From an uncultured delta proteobacterium (GTDB taxonomy: Bacteria > Myxococcota_A > UBA9160 > SMWR01): a DNA stretch of 64,000 bases. The position numbers and the translations under genes are program-made. The stretch is from the NCBI GenBank assembly GCA_963832165.1, contig CAWHTE010000007.1, forward strand, positions 1,002,425 to 1,066,424. Direction: 5' to 3'. Below the pieces are notes generated by a model. The model made no database searches. It was not told where the DNA came from and saw only the letters and a list, made by a program, of their open reading frames with translations. This document shows, one piece after another, positions 17,346-25,890 of this stretch (position 1 is its first letter; every line of letters begins with the position of its first letter).

Positions 17346-18636
17346 TCTGCGCGGCGCGGCCGCCGCACTCGGCGCGCTGACCGCGCTCGCCGCGGGCGTG
17401 CGCGCGGAGACCCGCCCGGCGCCGGTACCCGTGAAGATCTTCGTCGAGTCGCCGCATGTGGGCGAAGTGGTGAAGAACGAGGTGCACCAGGCACCGATCC
17501 GCGGCACTGCGATCGCGTTCGGCGAGCGCCCGATCGACTTCGACATCATGCTCGTGATCGACGTCTCGGGCTCGACCAGCAATGCGAGCGGCAGCGACGT
17601 CGATCGCGACGGTCAGATCGGGATCAACCCGCGGCTCGATCCGGCCGCCGCCGCGGGCGCCTATCCGCCCGACATGGTTTCGACCGATCCCGACGATTCG
17701 GTCCTCGCGGCCGAGGTGCGCGCGGCCGACGCACTCGTCGCGTCGCTCGCGCCGAACGGCCGCACGCGCATCGGGGTGATCAGCTTCTCGGGCGAGATGA
17801 ACCCGCAGACCGGCAAGCGCGTGCGATACGACCAGCAGGACGCGTGGCTCGAGGTGCCGCTCACGGCGGACTTCGCCGCCGTGCGCGCGCGGCTGCCCCA
17901 GATCCTGCGGCGCGGACCCAGCGGCGGCACGAACTTCGCTGCGGGGATCCGGCTCGCGATCACCGAGCTTGCGGCGCTCTCGGGCGCGCGCAGCGCCGCG
18001 CGTCCCAGCGCGAAGAAGCAGGTGCTGTTCCTCTCCGACGGCCTGCCGACGTTCCCGGTCGGACTCGGCTCGGTGTCGGATCCGGGCGACATCGAGGCCG
18101 CGCTCGCGGCTGCGAACGTCGCGCAGCGCGCGGGGATATCGATCAACACCTACGCCCTCGGGCCGAGCGCGCTCACCAATCCGTTCGCCGCCACCGAGAT
18201 TTCGCGCATCACGCTCGGCACGTTCCTGCCGGTGCAGAACCCCGGCGACATCGTTTCCTTCCTGCAGGCCACGTCGTTCGCGAACGTCGACGACGTGGTG
18301 CTCACCAATCTCACGACTCGCGAGGTGTCGACCGACGTGAGCCTGCTGCCCGACGGCACCTTCTCGGGCTTCGTTCCCGTGCGCGAGGGGCGCAATCAGG
18401 TGCGCGTCACCGCGCTCACGAGCGACGGCACCAGCGCGAGCGTCGATCTCGAGCTCGAGTTCGCGGCGTCGGGAAAGTCTCCGCGCGAGCTCTCGCTCGA
18501 GCTCGAGCGGATCCGCGACCGGAACAAAGAGCTCGAGCTGCTCGTCGAGCGCGACAAGATCAAGCGCTTCCGCGAGCAGCAGCGCAAGGAGCTCGAGATC
18601 GAGGCGATGCCGGAGGCGCCGCGCCCGAAGAACTAG
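17326..18636 (+). CDS. Secreted VWA-domain protein with C-terminal coiled coil
   Basis: Signal peptide; MIDAS DVSGS, GGTNF, LSDGLP; DVDRDG loop; charged helical tail. Confidence 0.85.
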   Translation: MPPATRSLRGAAAALGALTALAAGVRAETRPAPVPVKIFVESPHVGEVVKNEVHQAPIRGTAIAFGERPIDFDIMLVIDVSGSTSNASGSDVDRDGQIGINPRLDPAAAAGAYPPDMVSTDPDDSVLAAEVRAADALVASLAPNGRTRIGVISFSGEMNPQTGKRVRYDQQDAWLEVPLTADFAAVRARLPQILRRGPSGGTNFAAGIRLAITELAALSGARSAARPSAKKQVLFLSDGLPTFPVGLGSVSDPGDIEAALAAANVAQRAGISINTYALGPSALTNPFAATEISRITLGTFLPVQNPGDIVSFLQATSFANVDDVVLTNLTTREVSTDVSLLPDGTFSGFVPVREGRNQVRVTALTSDGTSASVDLELEFAASGKSPRELSLELERIRDRNKELELLVERDKIKRFREQQRKELEIEAMPEAPRPKN

Positions 18637-18643
18637 CGGGCGG

Positions 18644-19676
18644 CTACAGCGGAACCAGCGACGGGTCGTTGATCTCGCGCTTCACGAGCTTGCCGTTCTC
18701 GTAGATCGACGTGATGTCGATCTGGCCGTCGCCGTTCTTGTCCTCTTCGCGCCGCACGAGCACGGATTTGCCCTTCTGCGTGTCGTACTTCTCGAACACG
18801 TCGGGGCGGCCGTCGCCGTTCGTGTCGCGCTCGATCAGCGCCGGGATCTCCTTGTCGCCCTGCGCCTGGTATTGGGTCCACTGATCCATGCGCGAGTCGT
18901 GGTCCCGGTCTTCCTCGAGCGCGACGCGCACGCGGTTCTCGTACTTCACGACCAGGTCGATCTTCCCGTCGTCGTTGCCGTCGTGGCGCTCCTCGACGAG
19001 CGAGTCAGCCTGATAGTTGTAGAAGGCGTCGCGCTTGCCGTCTCGATTGCGGTCGACCTCGCGCGACGTCATGCGCCCGTTGCGGTACTGCTCCCACGCA
19101 TCGGGCTTGCCGTTGCCGTCCTCGTCGAGCGTGCGGCGCACGAGCGCTCCGCCCTCGTACTCCTGCCATGCGTCGAGCCGGCCGTTGTAGTCGCGGTCGA
19201 GCTCGACGCGCAGCAGCGTGCTGTCGTCCTCGCCGTAGAAGCGCACCTGCTCGGGCCGCCCGTCCTCGTCGGCGTCGAGGCTGTACGCGATCACCTCGAG
19301 CTCGCGCGGGTTCTCCCACGTGCCTTGCGCGATCGTCTTCTGTTCATTGTCGAAGATGGCGAGCGGCAGCTCGCGATCTTCGGGCGCCATCGGCGCGATG
19401 CGCGGATCGGCGCGCGTTGCGAGATCGCGTGCCGGCACGGGCGCGGCCGGCGCGCGTTTGTCCCGCTTGCGTGTGGCGTCCTTGCGCGCGGCGTCCTCCA
19501 CGCGCATCTCCTCGAGCAGCTCCTGCTGGCGCTTCAGCTCGGCCTGGATCTGGCTCTCGAGCTGGTCGCCGCGTTCGACCTCGCGTTCGCGCTCGGCGCC
19601 GCTGCGCGGGCGAGCCCGCGAGCAGCCCACACACGAGACCCGCGATCGCGGGGGCGGCGAGCAGTTTCACGATCAT
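18644..19676 (-). CDS. Secreted Dx[DN]xDG-repeat protein; frameshift near 19600
   Basis: Signal peptide MIVKLLAAPAIAGLVCGLLAGSPA in one frame, body in ORF 18644..19630; eight ~24-aa repeats of type D.[DN].[DN]G..D.W..Y. Confidence 0.75.
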
Positions 19677-20042
19677 CGATCGACCCTCACGAGGGGTGTG
19701 ACGCCGAACCGCCAACCCATCTATCACACGGGTCCCCATGCGTTCAAATCACCCCGAACCCACTGACGCAATGCGACATAGCGCGCGTTCTGGCCAGCCG
19801 GGTGGGCCAGCGCGGCAACCGACCCGCAGGATGCCCCCGAAATCGCCAGATCGAAAGGTGAAATTTTGCCACGATCCGATCGCTGACCAGTTCCGTTCGG
19901 ACGGGGTGGATCGCGCGACGCACAGTTTTGCGCTAACGCAGTGCAGCGGGATCAGTGGGGTCGTCTGCCTTAGGCTCTCGGTTCCGGCGGATTTGGTCGA
20001 TGCGACCGACGTAATGATGACCAGCGCGAGGAGGCTCGCCCG

Positions 20043-21398
20043 ATGGGTCTGACTCTGATCCGCAAGAGCGACGGGTCCCGCCCGATCTCCAACCCGACGG
20101 TGGCGCTCGTGCTCGCAGGCGGCGCGATCTCGGGCGGCGCGTTCAAGGTGGGCGGCCTCAAGGCGCTCAACGACTTCCTGGTCGATCGCAAGATCACCGA
20201 CCTCGACCTCTACGTCGGCCTCTCGGCCGGCGCGATCCTCGGCTCGTCGCTCGCGGCGGGCGTGAGCCCCGACGAGATGATCCGCGTGCTCGACGGCACC
20301 AGCACGCGCCTCGATCAACTGCGCCCGTTCGATCTCTACAACCCGAATCTGCGCGAGTTCGCCACGCGCCCGGCGCGCTTCGCCTACGACCTCGCGGCCT
20401 ACCTGCCGAGCATCTCGCTCGACTTTGCGCGCGGCGTGCCGGGACTCCCCGCCGCGATCGGGGGCCCGCTGCGCGAATTCATGCGCAAGCCCAACTACAC
20501 GCGCTTCGAAGTTCTCGCGATGCGGCTCATCGAGCACATCTCGCCCAAGCGCGAGGTGCCGTCGCTCACCGACCACATCCCCGGAGGCTTCTTCGACAAC
20601 AAGAGCCTCGAGCGCTGGCTGCGGCGCAGCCTCCAGCGCATCAAGATGCCCAACGACTTCCGCGCGTTCTCGCGCAAGACCGGCAAGCGGCTCTACGTGA
20701 CCGCCTGTGATCTCGATACGGCCGAGCGCGTGATCTTCGGCGCCGACGAGAACAGCGAGCTCACGATCTCCCAGGCGGTGCAGGCGTCGAGCGCGCTTCC
20801 GATCTTCTACAAGCCCGCTCGCATCAACGGCGTCGATTACGTCGACGGCGGCGTGCGCCACACCGCGAACATCGACGTCGCGATCGAGAAAGGCGCCGAC
20901 CTCATCATCTGCTACAACCCGTTCCGGCCGTTCCTGAACCGGATCGATGCCGAAGACACGGACACCTCGTACTTCGCCGACGGCCGCTATCTCGCCGACC
21001 GCGGGCTCAAGGCGATCATCAACCAGGTGTTCCGTACGCTCCTGCACTCGCGCCTCAAGCTCGGCATCCAGCGCTATCTCGCAGACGACCGCTTCCGCGG
21101 TGACATCGTGCTGCTCGAGCCGCGCGAGAACGACAGCGACTACTTTGGCACCAACCCGATCGCGTTCTGGAAGCGCGCGCGCGCGGTGCAGCACGGCTTC
21201 GAGTCGGTGCACAGCACGGTGCTCCAGAACTTCGAGCAACTCGAGAGCGTGTTCGCCCGGTACGGGATCCAGCTCGACCGCGAGGCCGCGCGCCGGCGCG
21301 CAGCGCGCGCTCGGGTGGCCCAGGGCTGGCGCGAGGACACGTCCTCGGACGCCGAGCCCAACGAGGAGAGCCCGGGGCTGCGGCTGGTCGGGTCCTGA
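20043..21398 (+). CDS. Patatin-like phospholipase/esterase
   Basis: LAGGA..G, GLSAG (GxSxG), ASSALP, YVDGG; GAGGAGG RBS. Confidence 0.93.
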   Translation: MGLTLIRKSDGSRPISNPTVALVLAGGAISGGAFKVGGLKALNDFLVDRKITDLDLYVGLSAGAILGSSLAAGVSPDEMIRVLDGTSTRLDQLRPFDLYNPNLREFATRPARFAYDLAAYLPSISLDFARGVPGLPAAIGGPLREFMRKPNYTRFEVLAMRLIEHISPKREVPSLTDHIPGGFFDNKSLERWLRRSLQRIKMPNDFRAFSRKTGKRLYVTACDLDTAERVIFGADENSELTISQAVQASSALPIFYKPARINGVDYVDGGVRHTANIDVAIEKGADLIICYNPFRPFLNRIDAEDTDTSYFADGRYLADRGLKAIINQVFRTLLHSRLKLGIQRYLADDRFRGDIVLLEPRENDSDYFGTNPIAFWKRARAVQHGFESVHSTVLQNFEQLESVFARYGIQLDREAARRRAARARVAQGWREDTSSDAEPNEESPGLRLVGS

Positions 21399-21532
21399 GG
21401 GACTCGAACGGCCGCCAATCGCTGAGGCTGGCGAAAACTCCACGATCTCGGTAATTTGGGGCTCTCGCTCGGGCCGGCATCCTGTCCCGCGGCCCTCAGG
21501 GAAACCCCGGCAGTCGCCCCCCACCTCGCTGG

Positions 21533-22336
21533 ATGTGCACGCTAATCGCCTTCCATCGATGCTTCGCGGGCGTTCCGTTGGTGGTGGCCGCGAATCGGGA
21601 CGAATTCCACGAGCGACCCACGGAGGGTCCGGCCCTGCGCGAAGCCCCGACCGCGAGCTCCAACCACCGGGATCGGTCCCACCGGGCCGGCCGGGGTGCG
21701 CACCCCACCCGAGTGGTGGCGCCGATCGACCTGCGCGCGGGCGGGAGCTGGCTCGGTGTGTCTGCCTCGGGCCTGTTCGCGGCGATCACCAACCGCCGTT
21801 GCGAGAGCCCGGATCCGGCCCGGCGCTCGCGCGGCTGGCTCGTGATGGAGGCTCTCGCGGAGCCCTCCGCGGAACGGGCCGCCGAGCGCTTCGCGCGCCT
21901 GCCCGCGGCCGCCTACAACCCGTTCAACCTGTTCGTGGCCGATCGCGACAGCGCCCACCTCGTCACCTACGACCAGGAGCCCCAGCGCCGCGACCTCACC
22001 CCGGGGCCGCACGTGATCGGCAATCTCCATCCCGATGAGTCGTCGCCCAAGCTCGATCGCCTGCGCGCGCAGGTGGACGAGCTCGCGCGCGGTGCCGTGC
22101 CGTCGCGCGAAGCGCTCGCGGAGCTCTGCCGCGGCCACGTCGCGAGCTCACCGCTCGAGTCGACCTGCGTCCACGCGGGCGAATACGGCACGCGCAGCTC
22201 GACGCTGCTCTGGCTCGGAGCGGAGCCCGCACTCAGTTATGCGGAGGGCGCGCCCTGCGCGGCCCCGTATCGCGATTTGACCCCGCTGTTGCACGACCTG
22301 GGGCTCCTCCCAGCGCGCGAGCGGGTATCAGCATGA
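21533..22336 (+). CDS. NRDE/TANGO2 family protein
   Basis: MCTL, ANRDEF..RP, D..AGGSWLG, ITN, SRG.LV, YNPFNL, YGTRSST. Confidence 0.92.
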   Translation: MCTLIAFHRCFAGVPLVVAANRDEFHERPTEGPALREAPTASSNHRDRSHRAGRGAHPTRVVAPIDLRAGGSWLGVSASGLFAAITNRRCESPDPARRSRGWLVMEALAEPSAERAAERFARLPAAAYNPFNLFVADRDSAHLVTYDQEPQRRDLTPGPHVIGNLHPDESSPKLDRLRAQVDELARGAVPSREALAELCRGHVASSPLESTCVHAGEYGTRSSTLLWLGAEPALSYAEGAPCAAPYRDLTPLLHDLGLLPARERVSA

Positions 22337-22346
22337 GGGCCCAGAG

Positions 22347-22673
22347 TTGAGACGAATCGGCAGCAACATCCGCAAGCAGAATTCGGACGCGAAGGCGAAT
22401 CGGATCGTCCGGAACATCATCAAGTACACGGACGAAGAGAAGCCGCGCAACGAATACCCGAAGAGGATCGTGTCGCCGGTGACCGCCTCCTCGTGTTGTC
22501 GCGACGAGAACCGCGAGATGGTCGGTTCGGCGCGCGAGATCGACGGATTCAAGTTCTGTTACAAGATCTGCACCGAGTGCGGGCACGCGGTGAAGTTCTT
22601 CTTCCCGGCGGCAGGCTCGACGAGCGAGGCGGTCAAGGAATACCGCCAGTGGAAGCGTTACATGGTTCAATGA
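22347..22673 (+). CDS. Small Cys-rich hypothetical protein (putative zinc ribbon)
   Basis: 108 aa with typical codon usage; SCC...CYKICTECGH; packed between NRDE and folC; start uncertain. Confidence 0.7.
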   Translation: MRRIGSNIRKQNSDAKANRIVRNIIKYTDEEKPRNEYPKRIVSPVTASSCCRDENREMVGSAREIDGFKFCYKICTECGHAVKFFFPAAGSTSEAVKEYRQWKRYMVQ

Positions 22674-22683
22674 GGTCCGGCGC

Positions 22684-24009
22684 GTGCGCGGCGATCACCC
22701 GCAACTCGCCGCCGCCGAGGCCTGGCTCGAGAGCCTGATCAACCTCGAGAAGCAGCGCGCGCCGCAGCGCGCGCGGCTCTCGCTCGCGCCGATCCGCGCG
22801 CTGCTCGATCGGCTCGGCGCGCCCGAGCGCGGGCTCTCGGTGCTGCACGTGGCGGGCTCGAAGGGCAAGGGCTCGACCGCGCTGTTCGCGGAGTCGGTGC
22901 TGCGCGCGGCGGGCGCGCGCGTGGGGACGTTCACGTCGCCCCACCTCGAGCGCTGGACGGAGCGCTTTCGCGTGGACGGCGCGGAGGTCGCGCCGGAGCG
23001 GCTCGCGGCGGCCGTGGAGGAGCTGCGCCCCCACGTGGACGCGTTGCGCGCCGCGGGCGGCGAGGTGGAGCCCTCGTTCTTCGACGCGACCACCGCCGCA
23101 GCACTGCTCTTGTTCCGCGACCTGCGCGTGGACCGCGCCGTGCTCGAGGTGGGCCTGGGTGGCCGTCTGGATTCCACCAATGCCGTGGAGCCCGCGGTCT
23201 GTTGCATCACGAGCATCGAGCTCGAGCACACCGATCTGCTCGGCGACACGCTCGCCGCGGTGGCCGCGGAGAAGGCCGGGATCCTCAAGCCGGGCGTGCC
23301 CGCGGTGTGCGGCGAGCTCCCGACCGAGGCGCTCGCGGTCGTGGAGCGGCGCGCGGCGGAGATCGGCGCTCCGCTCGCGCGGCTCGGCCGCGAGATCGAG
23401 GTCGCGGTGGAGGTCGTCGCGCCCGACGCCACGCGCCTCTCCTACCGCGAGGGCGAGCTCCACTTCGACGCGGAGCTGCGCGTCCCGGGCGTCCACCAGG
23501 CCGCGAACGCGGCGCTCGCGGTCGCCGCCGTGAGCCGTGTGCTCGCGGTCGATCCCGCGCAGCTCGCGCACGCGGCGCGCGCGGGGCTCGCTGCGGCGCG
23601 CCTGCCCGCACGCGTCGAGATCCTCGCGCGAGAGCCGTGGATCGTCGTGGATGCGGCCCACACCGGCGCCTCGGCGCGCGCGCTCGCCGAGGTGTTGCGG
23701 CGCATCGCCGCGCCCGTGGACTTCGTGCTGTCGATCTCCGCGGGCAAGGACACCGAGGCGATCCTCGCGGCACTCTTGCCGCTCGCGCGCTCGCTCACGC
23801 TCACGCGCGCCGATGCGCTGCGCTCGCTCGACCCGGTCGAAGTCGCGGCGGCCGCGCGCGCAGTCTCTCCCGACGTCGCGCTGCGCGTCGTGCCGAATCC
23901 ACACCTCGCGCTGCGCGCCGCGCGCGAGGCGCTCGCGCCAGACGGTGTCCTGTGCGCGACGGGATCGATCTATCTCGCGGGCATCGCGCGCCGCGTACTC
24001 GCTTCGTAG
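22684..24009 (+). CDS. folC: Folylpolyglutamate synthase/dihydrofolate synthase
   Basis: HVAGSKGKGST, FTSPHL, EVGLGGRLDSTN, EKAGI.K, HQAANA, DAAH, TGSIYL. Confidence 0.93.
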   Translation: MRGDHPQLAAAEAWLESLINLEKQRAPQRARLSLAPIRALLDRLGAPERGLSVLHVAGSKGKGSTALFAESVLRAAGARVGTFTSPHLERWTERFRVDGAEVAPERLAAAVEELRPHVDALRAAGGEVEPSFFDATTAAALLLFRDLRVDRAVLEVGLGGRLDSTNAVEPAVCCITSIELEHTDLLGDTLAAVAAEKAGILKPGVPAVCGELPTEALAVVERRAAEIGAPLARLGREIEVAVEVVAPDATRLSYREGELHFDAELRVPGVHQAANAALAVAAVSRVLAVDPAQLAHAARAGLAAARLPARVEILAREPWIVVDAAHTGASARALAEVLRRIAAPVDFVLSISAGKDTEAILAALLPLARSLTLTRADALRSLDPVEVAAAARAVSPDVALRVVPNPHLALRAAREALAPDGVLCATGSIYLAGIARRVLAS

Positions 24010-24021
24010 AGCGCTACCCCC

Positions 24022-24105
24022 AAAAATCGGCCCGGGCCGGCACCTCGCATCTCTGCGAGGGGAGGGGCTGCCGGCCCGGGCACAGCGGACATTCTGTTTG
24101 TGTCC
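24022..24105 (-). ncRNA. Candidate sigma54-dependent small RNA (~85 nt)
   Basis: Consensus sigma54 promoter directly upstream; 5' hairpin GGACA/UGUCC; long 3' hairpin with GAGA tetraloop; U5 tract; no plausible ORF. Confidence 0.65.
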
Positions 24106-24113
24106 TACCTCAG

Positions 24114-24129
24114 AGCAAGCGACGTGCCA
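24114..24129 (-). promoter_or_regulatory. Sigma54 (-24/-12) promoter
   Basis: Minus strand TGGCACG-TCGC-TTGCT, a perfect match to TGGCACG-N4-TTGCW. Confidence 0.8.
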
Positions 24130-24282
24130 GCGGAAGTTGCGTCTGGCGACTGATCCGCCTAAGCGCTCGCATTGAGTCTCGATTCGGGTCACGCCTGCGC
24201 GATGCAGTGCCATCGGAGCCGCACCGCGCAGTGACACAATTCGCGTCACTTGCGCGACGCCGCGCGAAGTGCCGACGAGTTG

Positions 24283-25161
24283 CTAGCGCACGCGCGCGAC
24301 GAGTGCGGCGAGATGCGCCGGCGTCGTTCCGCAGCAGCCGCCGAGCACGCGCGCGCCGCGCGCGGCCCAGCCCGCGGCGAGCTCGCCGAAGCGCTCCGGC
24401 GAAAGCTCTTCGCTGCGCCGGAAGCCGAGCTCGTCTTCGGGTACGCCCAGATTCGGGTAGATCCCGAACGGCAGCGGCTGCGCCGCGAGGACGTCGAGAC
24501 ACGCGGCTGCGTTCGATGGCGGCAGGCAGTTCACGAGCACCGCGCACGCAGCTTCGTCGGCGGCAGCGCGCAGCGCGTCGGCGAGCGGCTCGCCCGAGAT
24601 CAGGCGAGCGCCGTCCCAGCACACGAAGGAGACGAGCGCGGGCGCGTCCGCCTCGCGCGCGGCGCGCAGCGCGGCGATCGCCTCGCGCTGTGTGTTCATC
24701 GTCTCGATCAGGATTGCGTCGACGCCCGCAAGCGCGAGATGGCGTGCGTGTTCGTCGTGCTCGCGTGCGAGCGATGCCGCGTCGGGTACGCGCTCCGGGT
24801 GATAGCAATCCTCGAGTGTGGGACTCGAGCCGAATACCCACGCGCGATCGCCCGCGGCGGCGCGCGCGAGCCCGACCGCGCGCGCGGTGAGCTCGCAGGC
24901 GCGCTCGGCGATTCCCGCGTGCGCGAGCGTGCGGCGCTGGGTGCGGAACGTGTTGGCCGTGACGACGTCCACGCCACACGCGACGTAATCCGCGTGGATC
25001 TCTCGTACGAGATCCGGGTGGCTGTCGAGCGCCCCCGCCGACCACAGCGGCAGCCGCGTTGCGACGCCGCGCCGCTCGAGCTCGGTGCCGGTCGCGCCGT
25101 CGATGACCAGAGGGGTGTCGGAGCGCAGTCGGGATTCCAGAGCCGGTCGCGGGAGCGGCAT
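24283..25161 (-). CDS. Homocysteine S-methyltransferase family protein
   Basis: IDGATGTEL, H.DY...G.DV.TANTF, ETM, VNC, YPN, GGCCGTTP.H. Confidence 0.92.
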   Translation of the reverse strand: MPLPRPALESRLRSDTPLVIDGATGTELERRGVATRLPLWSAGALDSHPDLVREIHADYVACGVDVVTANTFRTQRRTLAHAGIAERACELTARAVGLARAAAGDRAWVFGSSPTLEDCYHPERVPDAASLAREHDEHARHLALAGVDAILIETMNTQREAIAALRAAREADAPALVSFVCWDGARLISGEPLADALRAAADEAACAVLVNCLPPSNAAACLDVLAAQPLPFGIYPNLGVPEDELGFRRSEELSPERFGELAAGWAARGARVLGGCCGTTPAHLAALVARVR

Positions 25162-25182
25162 CCGCCTATACTCGCGCGTCCG

Positions 25183-25857
25183 ATGCCCGATGCGCCCGTC
25201 CTCGCCGTGTTCTGCGACTTCGACGGCACCTTTGCGCGCCAGGACGTCGGGTCGACGCTTGCGGCGCGCTATGCGGCCGACCGGCGCCCCGCGCAGTGGA
25301 CCCGCTTCGAGCGCGGTGAGATCACCGCCTGGGAGTACAACCTCGAAATCCTCGATGGGCTGCCCGTGGGCCAGGACGTGCTCGAGGCGTTCCTCGCAAC
25401 CGTCGAGCTCGATCCGGGTGCGCGCGATCTGGTCGCGTGGTGCGAAGATCGATCGGTCCCGTTCCGGATCCTCTCCGACGGCTTCGACTCGAACCTCGAC
25501 CGGCTCCAGAGCCTGAACGGAATCCACTTCGCCTACACCGCGAATCATCTGCGCATCGAGCACGGCAAATGGCGGATCCGCGCCGGTGCGCCCGATCCGA
25601 CCTGCTTCTGCGGCACGGGCGTTTGCAAGAGCCAGGTCCTGCGCACGCTGCGCGCGGCGAGCCCGCTCACGCACCTCGTCCACATCGGCAACGGCCGCGT
25701 GTCGGATACCTGCGGCGCGCTCTCCGCGGACACCGCGTTCGCGAAGGACTCGCTCGCGGAGTCGCTCGAGAAGCGCGGAGTTCCGTTCGTGCGCTTCACG
25801 ACGCTGCGCGACGTGATTCCGCACCTCGACGCGATCTTGGCCCGGCCCGAGCGCTAG
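25183..25857 (+). CDS. MtnX-like HAD-IB phosphatase
   Basis: FCDFDGT, LDPG, LSDG, CxC...CK, IGNG..SD, FAK. Confidence 0.85.
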   Translation: MPDAPVLAVFCDFDGTFARQDVGSTLAARYAADRRPAQWTRFERGEITAWEYNLEILDGLPVGQDVLEAFLATVELDPGARDLVAWCEDRSVPFRILSDGFDSNLDRLQSLNGIHFAYTANHLRIEHGKWRIRAGAPDPTCFCGTGVCKSQVLRTLRAASPLTHLVHIGNGRVSDTCGALSADTAFAKDSLAESLEKRGVPFVRFTTLRDVIPHLDAILARPER

Positions 25858-25890
25858 AACGCAGCGCGGCGAGCGGTTACCGTCCCGCCC

